DNA of 63,945 bases, counting the filler. It is 4 parts of 4 records of this genome, joined end to end, with 100 filler letters (N's around TTAATTAATTAA, not from the genome) between each part and the next. Parts side by side here need not be neighbours in the genome. Positions count along the whole stretch, not along the records: positions 12,349 to 36,702 come from SRR20825019_1679; positions 36,803 to 51,985 come from SRR20825019_1686; 2 more parts are not named here. One strand, given 5' to 3'. The position numbers and the translations under genes were made by a program. Position 1 is the first letter of the stretch; each line of letters opens with the position of its first letter. Shown piece by piece: positions 31,523 through 42,749 of the stretch. The notes beneath the pieces are model-generated. The model had not been told where the DNA came from, searched no databases, and was given only the letters and a program-made list of their open reading frames with translations.

Positions 31523-32356
31523 ATGCGCCGCAGCCGCGAAATACTCACCTATCTGGTGATCATCATTTTCTTCATTGTGCGCTACGCCAATGTGGACGAG
31601 GTGGAGCCGCGCAGGCCGCTACCTGAAGGTGCTGAACAGCACGTGCCTCCTGTCCTGATCCCTGATGACGGGCCTCTGCCCGGTAACGATGATCGCGGCG
31701 TGACGGTGGAGCTGGACTTGGAGGTCAAAAACGGTATCGGAACAGCTTTTGCGGCACGCGGCGACGGTGTGTTCATCACCGCCCGCCATGTGGTGGATGG
31801 CTGCGGCAAGATATATCTGGTGAAAGGCCCCCGTATGCTGGAGCCGGTGGCATCTGCCACGAGCGAAACCAGCCGGGATTTTGCCGTATTGCGCGCGAAA
31901 GGGATGAAACCAAAGGCGTTTGAACTTTCGAGCGAAAGCCCAAACCGGGGTGACGACGGTTATATGATGGGGTTCCCGCAAGGCAAACCGGCTGATGTGC
32001 GCGCTACCGTTATCGGGCGCACAGAGATGCGCTCCACCGGGCGTTACCGTATGCGTGAACCTGTGGTGGCATGGGTGGAACGTGAACGTCGTCCCACGTT
32101 TGGTGGCTCATTGGGCGGCATATCCGGTGGTCCCGTCTTTAACGCGGAAGGTTATGTTGTCGGCACAGTGGTCGCGGGCGCACCGCGCCGGGGCAGGGTT
32201 TACACCACGCACCCCAGAGTTTTTGAGGATACGGGCCTGATTGCGGATGGTACGGGTACGCAGCGAACGTTGATAAAGCGTGAAAACTTTGATGAAAACG
32301 GAAATGCCTTCCGGGCCAACCGTTCCATTGCACAGGTTTATTGCGAGGCGCCTTGA
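31523..32356 (+). CDS. Membrane-anchored trypsin-like serine protease
   Basis: GTAF, TARHVV (His), RDFAVL (Asp), GISGGPV (Ser). Confidence 0.85.
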   Translation: MRRSREILTYLVIIIFFIVRYANVDEVEPRRPLPEGAEQHVPPVLIPDDGPLPGNDDRGVTVELDLEVKNGIGTAFAARGDGVFITARHVVDGCGKIYLVKGPRMLEPVASATSETSRDFAVLRAKGMKPKAFELSSESPNRGDDGYMMGFPQGKPADVRATVIGRTEMRSTGRYRMREPVVAWVERERRPTFGGSLGGISGGPVFNAEGYVVGTVVAGAPRRGRVYTTHPRVFEDTGLIADGTGTQRTLIKRENFDENGNAFRANRSIAQVYCEAP

Positions 32357-32910
32357 TCCGGGTGCGGGGTTCGCGCACGCCAGCGTGCCAGCGCAAGGTC
32401 AAGTGCCTCTCGAAAGTCGCGCCGCTCCTGCGCGGTCAAACAGTCACCAAAATAAACGGTTTCACCGTGCGAGCGCAGGTAAAGTTCATTCTCGTCTTCT
32501 CCTCGCTCCCGCACCTTCACACTGGCCCAATAAGGCTCAAACCGCCAGGTGGAAGACCGCCCGCGCGCGCTCACACGGGTCAAAAGCAGGTCCTTGTCCG
32601 TAAGCTGTACGGTCTCGAACGCTCGGGCCGCCCGGTAGTTGAAGAAAAATGCAAGCCACAGCGCGACCAGGTCAATGGCCACAAATATCACCACAGGCCA
32701 CGCCCCAATCATGATGAAACGCACCGCCGCAAACACGCAGAAAGCGGCAAGGATCAGGATCATGCGGTTGAAACTCTTTTTGGGAAGCGAGCGGTGTGCA
32801 TAAAGCGTGGCATTGAAATAGAGCGTACGCGCAGCCTCAATAGCAGGCGTCTCTGCCTTGGTATCATGAATGCGGAATCTGGTATCCGCGATATTGTGCG
32901 GCCGTTTCAT
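32338..32910 (-). CDS. DUF2244 membrane protein
   Basis: HRSL, GAWPV..D, NYRAARAFE, FEPYW. Confidence 0.78.
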   Translation of the reverse strand: MKRPHNIADTRFRIHDTKAETPAIEAARTLYFNATLYAHRSLPKKSFNRMILILAAFCVFAAVRFIMIGAWPVVIFVAIDLVALWLAFFFNYRAARAFETVQLTDKDLLLTRVSARGRSSTWRFEPYWASVKVRERGEDENELYLRSHGETVYFGDCLTAQERRDFREALDLALARWRARTPHPDQGASQ

Positions 32911-32922
32911 GCGTGCAGTATA

Positions 32923-34158
32923 TCAGGATGTGAGGCTTTCGCCGCGTAACAGTTTCGGGAGTTCCCCGACCGTGCCGCGTGCATGGCTCATGAAGAAATT
33001 CTTGAGCGGAGTGACTTCATTCACCGCCGCCATGCCAAGGTCGCGCGCCAGTTTAATGGGGCCAATATCGTTGGAGAACAGCCGGTTGAAACCGTCTGTG
33101 ATCGCATAAACAGCAGCATTATCTGTGGTGCGCCACTGGGCGTAGTTATCAAGCACAGAGGTGGCACCAATATCCAGGCCCACGTTCCGGGCCACCACCA
33201 GTACTTCAATCAGCGCCGCCACATCCTTGAGCCCCAGGTTCAGGCCCTGGCCTGAGATGGGGTGGATACCGTGGGCAGCGTCACCAATCAACGCAAGGCG
33301 GTCAGATACATAGCTGTGCGCATACTGCAGGCTGATGGGGTAAGCCCAGCGCCCGCCAACAACCTTCACCTCACCAAGGAAACCGCCAATACGCCGTGCC
33401 ACTTCGCTTTCAAACGCCCGGTCGGAGAGATTCATGATGGTATCGACCAGATGGCTCTTTTCCGTCCAGACAAGCGATGAGCGATTGCCGGTCAGCGGCA
33501 AGATGGCAAAGGGCCCTGACGGCAGGAACCGCTCGTGCGCAATACCGCAGTGGCTGTGTTCATGCTCGACCGAGCACACGATGCCGTGTTGTTTGTATTC
33601 AATACTGCTTGTTGGCAGGTCTGCGTGGCGGCGCACAACTGAGCCACGCCCATCTATGCCGAGCAGCAGATCAGCGTCAACACACACGCCGCTTTCAAGT
33701 GTGACAGAAACGCCCGAAGCGCTGCGGTTGATGTCAGCTACTTTCTCCGGCGCGAGGAAGCGGATGTTTTCAAACTCTTCCAACCGTTTGAATAGTGCAA
33801 TGCGGGTATGGCGGTTTTCCACCATGTGGCCAAGCGGGCCATCGCCCAGCGTTTCATTATCGAAATGCAGGTGCAACAGCGACGGGCCGTCCGATACCCG
33901 GATTTCAAGAATAGGCTGTGCATAGGGCTCCATATAAGGCCAAACCCCAATGGCTTTCAAAAGCTGGCAGGAGGCATAGGCCAGCGCGCTGGCGCGGCCG
34001 TCATAGCTTGCTGCGGTCAGGTCGCCCTTTGGCACCATATCAACCACAACAACCTCAAAACCATGCTGCGCAAGGCCAATGGCTGCCGTAAGGCCTGCCA
34101 TACCGCCACCAACGATGACAATCTCGCTTTTTATGGTTTTGGCTTTGTCTGCACCCAT
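32923..34158 (-). CDS. UbiH/UbiL-family FAD-dependent ubiquinone hydroxylase
   Basis: VGGGMAG, DGRAS, ERFLPSGPFAILP, GDAAHGIHPISGQGLNLG; start 34158 with AAGGAG upstream. Confidence 0.9.
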   Translation of the reverse strand: MGADKAKTIKSEIVIVGGGMAGLTAAIGLAQHGFEVVVVDMVPKGDLTAASYDGRASALAYASCQLLKAIGVWPYMEPYAQPILEIRVSDGPSLLHLHFDNETLGDGPLGHMVENRHTRIALFKRLEEFENIRFLAPEKVADINRSASGVSVTLESGVCVDADLLLGIDGRGSVVRRHADLPTSSIEYKQHGIVCSVEHEHSHCGIAHERFLPSGPFAILPLTGNRSSLVWTEKSHLVDTIMNLSDRAFESEVARRIGGFLGEVKVVGGRWAYPISLQYAHSYVSDRLALIGDAAHGIHPISGQGLNLGLKDVAALIEVLVVARNVGLDIGATSVLDNYAQWRTTDNAAVYAITDGFNRLFSNDIGPIKLARDLGMAAVNEVTPLKNFFMSHARGTVGELPKLLRGESLTS

Positions 34159-34387
34159 GGTTACTCTCCTTATGGCTTCATGTAGGCCCGATTGAAGGGC
34201 GCTGTAAAGAGACCTGATGCCGCAGCACGCCATTTCCTGGGGCTTAAAATGACTGCCATGAAATCGCCGCTCTTGTCCTAAACCCTTGTTGAGCATTAAA
34301 GTGCAGCGAACAGGACAAGAATATGAGCCTCGTCGCCACATTTTGGCACCGGGTTTGAGCCTTAGGGCTTGAGGGAGCAAGAAATCA

Positions 34388-36702
34388 GTGTCGTCACGCA
34401 AACCTGCAAAGGCGGGTACAGCAAATAATAAAGCCGCCAGGGACAAGGCGCCGTTACTGCCGCCTGCTTTTGTGGTGTTCCTCAAAAATACGGGTTGGCG
34501 GCTTCTTGGGCTTGCCCTGATAGCGTTTGCCGTCAGCGTTGTGTTGTCGCTTGCCTCCTATAACCCCACTGACCCCACGATCAATAATGAGGCAACACGG
34601 CCCGCCACCAACTGGCTCATGGCATATGGTGCCAATGTGGCCGATGTGCTGATGCAGACGCTGGCGCTGGCCGGGTATCTGTTGCCGTTGCCGCTTGCCA
34701 TCTGGGGTGTGAAAATCCTGCGGCTCAAGTGGCTGCCCATGTTCTGGCTCAACCTTACTTTTGTGCCGGTCAGCCTGATCTTGATTGCCATCGCACTCAG
34801 CGTGACCGCGCCCTCGCCTGATTTTATAGTGCAGGCCGGATACGGTGGTGCCCTTGGCCAGCGCCTTTACCTGATGGTGATTGAGCTGTTTGCTGGGATT
34901 GTGGTGCCTGCGTGGGTTTATGGTGTGGTGTTTGCCGTGCTTGGTGTGCCCGCATACGCCTTCTCCTTCGCGCTCAACCGGGAGGAATGGACAGCTGTTT
35001 ATAACGCTTTGAAAGCAGCCGTGCTTGCGGTGGTGCGCTCCGTGCTTTGGCTGCTGCGCACCATCGGCTCCGCTGTTGCTGCCACCTTCAGGCTTATCTT
35101 CCGCAGCCGTACACGCGGCGAAGATGATGAGTTTGACGATTATGACGATCCGCCTTTTGAGGCGGATAGCGCGCGCGTGCCCATGGCACCACGGAAGGCG
35201 GCCAAGAAAGCTCCTGTGCCGGAGAAGCGCGTGAAACCGCAGGCGAAACCGAGCCGGGGTAAACGCGAAACCAAAGAAGCCCAAACCGTGCTGGACTTTG
35301 GCGACAGCGGCGGCTTTGGCTTGCCCGCGCTTGAGCTTCTGGCACCACCCCCGCCCCCTGAAAAGCTGGGCCGTATCAGTGAAGAATCACTTGAGCAGAA
35401 CGCCCGCATGCTTGAAGGCGTGCTCGACGACTTTGGTGTACAGGGCGATATCAACGACGTGCGCCCTGGCCCTGTGGTTACGCTTTATGAGCTTGAACCG
35501 GCGCGCGGCACCAAATCTGCGCGGGTGATTGGCTTGGCGGACGATATCGCGCGGTCCATGAGCGCAATCTCTGCCCGTGTGGCGGTAGTACCGGGCCGTA
35601 ATGCGATCGGGATCGAGCTTCCAAACAGCGACCGCCAGACCGTTTTCCTGCGCGAACTGCTTGCCAGCCGGGATTATGAGGGCACCAAAGCCCGCCTGCC
35701 CGTTGTGCTTGGTAAAGACATTGGCGGCGCGCCTGTGGTGGCGGATCTTGCGTCCATGCCGCACTTGCTTGTGGCAGGCACCACCGGTTCCGGTAAGTCG
35801 GTCGGTATCAACACAATGATCCTGTCGCTTCTTTACCGGCACAGCCCCGAGACGCTCAGGCTGATCATGGTTGACCCCAAGATGCTTGAGCTTTCGGTTT
35901 ATGACGGTATCCCGCATCTTTTGACGCCGGTGGTGACAGAACCGAAAAAAGCGGTGGTTGCGCTTAAATGGGCAGTCCGGGAGATGGAAGACCGGTACCG
36001 CAATATGTCCAAGCTTGGGGTGAGGAACCTTGCGGCGTTTAACAAACGTGTTCATGAAGCCCGCGCGAACGGCGAACGCCTGACCCGCGAAATTCAAACC
36101 GGCTTTGACAAAGAAACCGGCCAGCCGGTGATGGAGGAGCAGGAGTTCGACTTCCAGCCGCTCCCGTTCATCGTGATTGTGATTGACGAGATGGCAGACC
36201 TGATGCTGGTGGCAGGCAAGGACGTGGAAGCCACGGTGCAGCGTCTTGCGCAGATGGCGCGGGCTGCGGGCATTCACCTGGTGATGGCGACACAGCGGCC
36301 ATCGGTGGACGTGATCACCGGTACGATCAAAGCCAATTTCCCGACCCGGATCAGTTTCCAGGTAACCTCGAAAATCGACAGCCGCACCATTCTGGGTGAG
36401 CAGGGTGCCGAGCAGCTTCTTGGTATGGGTGACATGCTCTTTATGGCCGGTGGTGGCCGCATCACCCGCGTGCACGGTGCTTTTGTGTCTGACAAGGAAG
36501 TCGAAAAAGTAGTGACCCACCTACAGAAACAGGGCGCGCCGGAGTATCTCTCAGAGGTGACGGAAGAACCTGAAGAGGGTTTTGACAGCCCGTTCATCCC
36601 AGGTCCATCTGGCGGAGGCGATGATAACAGCCTCTATGATCAGGCGGTGAATATTGTACTGCGTGACCGGCGGGCGTCCACCAGCTATATCCAGCGCCGC
36701 CT
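34388..36702 (+). CDS. ftsK: DNA translocase FtsK (3' truncated)
   Basis: N-terminal 4TM domain, PHLLVAGTTGSGKS, IDEMADLM, ATQRPSVDV, start of the gamma domain. Confidence 0.96.
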
Positions 36703-36802
36703 NNNNNNNNNNNNNNNNNNNNNNNNNNNNNNNNNNNNNNNNNNNNTTAATTAATTAANNNNNNNNNNNNNNNNNNNNNNNNNNNNNNNNNNNNNNNNNN
36801 NN
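36703..36802. other. Artificial contig linker
   Basis: 44 N + TTAATTAATTAA + 44 N. Confidence 0.99.
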
Positions 36803-37357
36803 CGGGGCCAACATCAACGCCTCGACCGGATCAGGTTCCACCTCTATCCACTCGTACTCATCATCGTCTTCCTCTTGTTTTCGCAAAGGTGCTGCAACTT
36901 CCGTGGTAACTTGTGGTGTACTCTTCCTCTCCACAGTGTCAGAGGGAGCAGCAGGCTTGTCTTGAACAGCCGCACGATTGGGCATCGGAGCCAGATGGCT
37001 ACTAGAATCTTTTCGTCCATCAGTGCCTTCACTGGAAGAATTCTTCATCCCTGCTATTGACTGGGCTTTCTTTAAAACTCCCTTCATGCGCCCCCACTTG
37101 CTCTTTCCTTCCTCAACCTTGCTGCTAGAAGATGCCCGTCCAACTGATTCATCGTCTCCGGCCGGTGTTCTTGTACCATCACCTTCGGTGGACGACTGCT
37201 CCCCAGTAGGCGCCGACCCAGGCATACCAAAACGGGCTCGTGCCGACAACACTGCGGCAGCCGCCGCCCCACTGCCTTGACCCTTACTGGTGCTCTGAGA
37301 CTGGGCCCCTGCTTCTATGACTATGGCCGAAGCCTTTTTCTTTTTCAATAGCCCCAT
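36803..37357 (-). CDS. Eukaryotic protein, low-complexity N-terminus (3' truncated)
   Basis: Open frame MGLLKKKK...EEDDDEYEWIEVEPD running to the contig end. Confidence 0.6.
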
Positions 37358-37362
37358 ATCTC

Positions 37363-37603
37363 TTACTTCTTACTCTTCGGATCTTCCAAAGATTCTGTAA
37401 TACGATCGAAAACGTTCACTGCGGTTTCGCGAATGGAGGGGATTGCATATTCCTGAGTTAGTTTGTCAGCAGGAGTCTCCCCCGAACAGGAAACAAATTA
37501 CCTGGTCAATGAAACACCCGACAAGGACCCCAGCAGAGAATGACAGGGCAACTGGATTGGTGACTAATCTGAGCGCTATGTAGTTGCGTGCAAACTTGAG
37601 CAT
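37363..37603 (-). CDS. STMP1 (C7orf73)-like short transmembrane microprotein, 63 aa, 2 exons (not in ORF track)
   Basis: Exons 37603-37502 and 37452-37363 with a 49-nt GTAATT..CTAACTCAG intron give MLKFARNYIALRLVTNPVALSFSAGVLVGCFIDQ|EYAIPSIRETAVNVFDRITESLEDPKSKK*; F..G..VG....Q.Y.IP.. pattern resembles STMP1. Confidence 0.7.
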
Positions 37604-38887
37604 GGAACTTCTGAGCTCGTGATCCTTATCGCTGGCTCTTATTTCAATGCTTCAAGGTCTTACTGTGCTTGCTGAGGCTGCGAGTTCAACTCTGCTCAGC
37701 ATAGTCCTTTTGGGGAAGTTAGGGCTCGTTCGGCGCCGGCGCAGCTACCAGTGAGGGCCGACAGACCCGGCCATCCACAGTGACGGTGGAGTCAAGCTCG
37801 GGGGGGGGAGGGGGCGGCTAGCTTCTCGGCAAGCGACGACCGTCGCTGGCCGGCCTTCACTGGTACACACTTCAGTGCCGCCGACGACGGACGGCCTGAC
37901 CTCGGCCCCACCCCCTGGCGGCCGGCGGCCGGCCCCTCAGTGGCCCCGCCCCGGGGCCGCCGCCGGGCCACGGCCAGCCTCGGCCGGCGGACGAGTGTCG
38001 GTGGGCGGCGACGGCGAGGGCCCCGCCGTTCGGGGGCCGGCCGGCGCCAATGGCGGCGGGCGGGCGCGGCCGCGGCCGCGGCCCACTGCCCGGCGGCCGA
38101 CTCGCACCTGGGGGTCAGTGAGCCGTTAGGCTGCACCGGGCTTCCCGTGCTCATCAATCAGGAGGTTCCCAGCAAAGTACTGAGTCCTAAATATGACTCT
38201 TAACCATTTAATAAGAACAACCATAATTTTACCAAGTAATGTTGGGATACCGGCAGATTGAATTGCAGCATGCTGTTTGCGGATGCCAACAGTTACCTGA
38301 TCCTCACTCAGAACTCGCCTCCCGCCGCCCACCAGGCCTGGCACTCCGGAACGCAAGCACGGACGCGACTGAGCCTGGCGGTGGTGAGTGTGTTGTACAC
38401 GGCACTGACCAGTTGGCCGTGTGCACCCGATCCGGATTTCAAAGCTCTGTTCAGTATCGTCATTGTGCCTCGGGCGCAGCACGAGAGCCAAACTCCTCTT
38501 CACTCTGTCATTGTGTGTTGCGGGAGTCGAGTTGAGCCAGTGTGCCGGGTCGTCGGGGGTGGCCCACATGTCCACTATCCCTTCCATCAATAGATCGTCA
38601 TCTTCAGTCGTGACGAGGTACGATGCCTGCGCAGGGACAACACCTTGCTGTATTGGAGGGCCAGGGTTGGACCAGCTGGCCGGCCTCAAGCAGTACCGCT
38701 GACTTCGGCGCAAAGAATCGGGTGGAGCGCCCTTGTGATTGTTGGTCCACCAATGCACTTCTTCATGCGGCAGTCACCAGTGGTCTTATATATCTAGCTT
38801 CGTCGGCTTCATAGGAACAAAGCTGGTTGAATACTGTTACATGATCTTAGATACCACCACAACGCGGATGCCGTAAGGGCATAGTCA

Positions 38888-41800
38888 GTGAAGATAATGA
38901 CTTTGGACGAGGGTTTAGCGTCTAGCGCCGCGCACTTGAGGCGCGACAGTTTGAAGACGCTCTTGGATGCCCTTCGAACAAATCCCTGGCACGTAAGCCT
39001 ATGCACTGCCTCCATCAAGGCAATGGTGAGTCTTGTGAAGAACAGCGACTTGGCGGAAACTTTGGTTGTTGAAGGGGGGTATAAGTTGATGCACTATCTG
39101 TTGGACTTGCACATTACGAACTCAGAGTTCACCGGAACCTTGGTGTCCACGTTGGTGTCGCTACTAGGTGTTTGCGACAAAAGTGCTCTTGACTTTTTGG
39201 GGGGAGACGGAGAGGCTAAGTTATTTGACATAGTTGGTAGATACGGTGGTGAGATGAGTGATATTCGTGGCTTAGTGGTCCAATTCCTCAAGTCTCTATA
39301 TTCAGCTGAAGCTATCGTGAAGTCAATATGCGACAGTTTGGGGCCGGAGCATTTTCGTAGGATGTTGCTGTGCCTTCGACAGTTGAAGGACCCATCTGAG
39401 ACGCAGGACAATCTTCCACTGGGGCCCGGGGTGGATGTGAAGGAAGTGGTGTCAGAGATCATGACGAAGTTGGAGTTTATAGACGTGTCTTCTATGCCAG
39501 TTGTTGTGCGCAAGGAAGCGGATGAGGATAGCTCGGAGAAGGAAGTCACTACGCCGCCTAAGACGAAATCTGAAGAAACCGATCGCAAAGTTTCTGTAAC
39601 TCGCGAGAGAAGTTTTGATGGCCTTAAGTGGGATCCATTTTCGGCTGTTCGGGGTGTCCCAACCCCTAGAACGGGCACAAGTCTTCGGCTTGTTCGCGGT
39701 GCACCAAAGTTCCCGACGCCTCACCAGGCGGAGGAGCCGACTTATGCACCGGAGGATAGAGGGTCTGGGAATGCAAAAGGAGATGCGAGGAACATGAACA
39801 CATCGTCGAACACGTTGCACAGAGTGGTTTTTGACAGTGTTGAACCGTGTCAGCAGGCTTCCGCACAAAGGGGAGAGAAGGTACTAAACTTTGAGTCGAG
39901 GTTTGAGAGTGCGAACTTGCGGCGTGCGATTCAGGTTTACGAGAACGAGTACGATTTGATTCTGAACCCCGATTTCAACACGAATGGCAACACGCAATGG
40001 TACTTTTTCATGGTGTCTAATACAACCAAGGGGGTGAAGTACAAGTTCAACATCATCAATCTCCTGAAGAATGACAGCCTCTACAATTACGGTATGAAGC
40101 CGCTGCTTTACTCTGTCAAATCCGCCCGGCGATCGGGCCAGGGTTGGATCCGGACTGGGACCAACATTTCGTATTATAGAAACCACATCAAGAGAAGTCA
40201 GGGCAACTATCACACCCTGTCGTTCACAATAGATTTCCCGCACGACGACGATTCGTGCTTTTTGGCCTATTGTTATCCGTACACCTACACTGATCTTATG
40301 GAATACCTTTCAGATATTGAACAGGACAAAAGGGGGCGCGCGAGACATTGCAAGAAGGAAACCATGTGTTTCTCTCTGGCCAACAATGAGGTCCCGGTAT
40401 TGACGATCACAGAGGGAGTTCATGCACGGCCACCCCCTAAGAGTAGAAAGGGCATTATTCTGACAGCCAGGGTTCATCCTGGAGAAAGCAATGCCAGCTG
40501 GATGATGAAGGGAACAATGGATTTTTTGCTAAGTGAGGAGCCAGAAGCTGTGGCCCTCCGCGAGAATTTTGTGTTTCGGATTGTACCCATGCTGAATCCA
40601 GATGGTGTGATTAACGGAAACTACAGGTGCTCACTCGCGGGTGTTGACCTAAACCGGCAGTGGGCCAACCCTGATCCGAAGAAGCACCCCACTGTCTACA
40701 ATACAAAGTTGATGATCAAGAGCGAAATGCTCAAACGTGAGGTTGTTCTCTACTGCGACATGCATGGGCATAGCAAGAAAAAGAACATATTTATGTATGG
40801 CAATGAGAATCATCATGGGGAGATGGTATCAAGAGAGCGGATATTCCCAGTGTTGTTGTCAAAAACGACCGATATGTTTTCGCTGAGTGATTCGTGCTTT
40901 AAGGTTCGAAAGGACAAGGAGTCCACTGCTAGGGTTGTTGTGTGGAAGGAGCTCGGCATCATCAATAGCTTCACTATCGAGGCCTCTTTCTGTGGGCCTA
41001 ACATTGGGGCTAACAAGGACTGCCATTTCAATATAGGTGCGCTGGAGGAAATGGGCAGAGCAATGTGCCGAGGTGCACTTGAGATCTGGGGTCCGAAGCC
41101 GAACACGGAGGAGGGCCACTGGCTCCATGTTAGCAATGATGAATTGATGAGTGAGGCACAGGGTATGACCACGGACAGCGAGGATGATGGATCCGATGCG
41201 GAGTTTGAAAGCGCACCAAAGAAAAACGGGAAGGAACGAAGGAGGAAGTCAACGAACTCGGAAAAGTCGAAACGACGTGAAGAGAGGTTGTCTCCTGAAA
41301 GTGTGCCCCGGAGGCCCAAGAGGTCATCATCAAAGGCTTCGGAATCTCAGGAGGGCTCGAGCCGTGCCACAAGTGCTACTAGTGCCAGTGAGATATCGTG
41401 CACGGAGGAAGAGCGTAGATCGGCACCTAGGAGGTTGGGAAGGCCTTTGCGTGGATGGGGTGCACCGAGTGCCGGCGGAGAGGGGAATGATAGGCGTGAA
41501 GTTTCAAGTAAGCCAATAGATACCGATTCATCGGATGGGTCGCGACCCCCGTCAGAACCCAAGTCTACTGACGAAGGGAGTCAGGCTGGACATCAAGCTG
41601 ATCGATTGTCTCAGGAGGGGTCTGGTGGCGCTCAGAGCGACTCGGCTGCATCGGATGGCCCGGGCATGTCATTCAGCCCGAGCCTTTTCGATGAAGAATC
41701 GAGTGCCTCTCAGATACGAAAGTACAACCCAAAGAATCGGGCAGTGGGCAGGCGGCGCCTGGAACAGGAGCAATCAGAGTCGGACCCGAGCGGAAAAGAA

Positions 41801-42637
41801 AAGGCAGATGATGCATCTTCGACAACCACTGCCCCGGACAGCGAGGTCTCCAATCCAAAGGACGGCCGCGATGCGTCGGGGCTTCCCTCCAGGGGGGCGA
41901 TCGCTGGTGGCATTCACATTGGGGGGGGGATTACTCTATTGGATCGTCGCGGAGGCGCCGTTACCGAGAGGATAAATAGGGACAGAGAAGTCGACGAGTC
42001 AGCCAAGTACAAGCTATTGTCCAAGGGAAGCCAGGATACTGGCAAGGACAGCTATTTCGCTGGGATGAGCGGGAATGGATTGCGCCAATCTGTAGTTCTG
42101 CCATCACGTCACCAGCGATCCGGCCAAGCTGCAGTGAGCGTGGCGGCACCTCCTGTAGGCAGGTCAAGACAAAAGAGCAATCCTGTCCACCTGCAATGGG
42201 CGGATAAATTCTCGCAGCCGAGAGATGTAGACCAGCAGCATGGTCTCTTCACGCCACGGCGCGGACCGGCCCAGAGGGCCAGGACGGGACCCCCTTCCTA
42301 CATTGTGCCCCATGCCCCTGCTGATGCGGATTCGTTGGTTATATCGCCCAGAATGCGAACTGTGGTCTCATCAGCCGCAGAGAAATCTAGTCCTGCCAGG
42401 TCAAGCAGGCGATTAAGAAATGCGAGCGAGGATGCATTCGCGGGAATGAATGGGCATCACGGAGAGCCAAACGCCGTGGTTGTCAGTGGCGGCAAAGTAT
42501 TCACATCTACCGTCGACACCACCCGGAAGACCAGCCAGCTAGGTTTCAGGGCAGTGAGTGTCGGTTCTCCACTGTCGAGCCATCCGATCTTCACAGGCTC
42601 ACAACCACTTCAAAAGAAGCCCTTCCCTGTCGTTTAA
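38888..42637 (+). CDS. Cytosolic carboxypeptidase CCP1/AGTPBP1-like (M14D tubulin deglutamylase); further 5' exons likely
   Basis: FESRFESANL, TQWYFF, YPYTY, ARVHPGE, NPDGV, DLNR, DMHGHS, FTIEASF; probable intron 38873-38925 joins an upstream exon. Confidence 0.9.
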   Translation: MKIMTLDEGLASSAAHLRRDSLKTLLDALRTNPWHVSLCTASIKAMVSLVKNSDLAETLVVEGGYKLMHYLLDLHITNSEFTGTLVSTLVSLLGVCDKSALDFLGGDGEAKLFDIVGRYGGEMSDIRGLVVQFLKSLYSAEAIVKSICDSLGPEHFRRMLLCLRQLKDPSETQDNLPLGPGVDVKEVVSEIMTKLEFIDVSSMPVVVRKEADEDSSEKEVTTPPKTKSEETDRKVSVTRERSFDGLKWDPFSAVRGVPTPRTGTSLRLVRGAPKFPTPHQAEEPTYAPEDRGSGNAKGDARNMNTSSNTLHRVVFDSVEPCQQASAQRGEKVLNFESRFESANLRRAIQVYENEYDLILNPDFNTNGNTQWYFFMVSNTTKGVKYKFNIINLLKNDSLYNYGMKPLLYSVKSARRSGQGWIRTGTNISYYRNHIKRSQGNYHTLSFTIDFPHDDDSCFLAYCYPYTYTDLMEYLSDIEQDKRGRARHCKKETMCFSLANNEVPVLTITEGVHARPPPKSRKGIILTARVHPGESNASWMMKGTMDFLLSEEPEAVALRENFVFRIVPMLNPDGVINGNYRCSLAGVDLNRQWANPDPKKHPTVYNTKLMIKSEMLKREVVLYCDMHGHSKKKNIFMYGNENHHGEMVSRERIFPVLLSKTTDMFSLSDSCFKVRKDKESTARVVVWKELGIINSFTIEASFCGPNIGANKDCHFNIGALEEMGRAMCRGALEIWGPKPNTEEGHWLHVSNDELMSEAQGMTTDSEDDGSDAEFESAPKKNGKERRRKSTNSEKSKRREERLSPESVPRRPKRSSSKASESQEGSSRATSATSASEISCTEEERRSAPRRLGRPLRGWGAPSAGGEGNDRREVSSKPIDTDSSDGSRPPSEPKSTDEGSQAGHQADRLSQEGSGGAQSDSAASDGPGMSFSPSLFDEESSASQIRKYNPKNRAVGRRRLEQEQSESDPSGKEKADDASSTTTAPDSEVSNPKDGRDASGLPSRGAIAGGIHIGGGITLLDRRGGAVTERINRDREVDESAKYKLLSKGSQDTGKDSYFAGMSGNGLRQSVVLPSRHQRSGQAAVSVAAPPVGRSRQKSNPVHLQWADKFSQPRDVDQQHGLFTPRRGPAQRARTGPPSYIVPHAPADADSLVISPRMRTVVSSAAEKSSPARSSRRLRNASEDAFAGMNGHHGEPNAVVVSGGKVFTSTVDTTRKTSQLGFRAVSVGSPLSSHPIFTGSQPLQKKPFPVV

Positions 42638-42749
42638 TGTATAATCTTATTGTTGGAAATTTTCGAACACCAACCCAGAGAGTGCCGAACTCTGTACATG
42701 CTGCAATTGACCATCAACGTGTAATGGTTTCTTTGTCAGCTTGCCCTCT

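Noticed and set aside
35387-36520. Long antisense ORFs over ftsK, dnaK and other alphaproteobacterial genes
   Set aside because: Shadow frames of conserved genes caused by codon bias
38126-38758. 210-aa minus-strand ORF
   Set aside because: No recognisable motifs; overlaps the probable 5' exons of the plus-strand CCP gene
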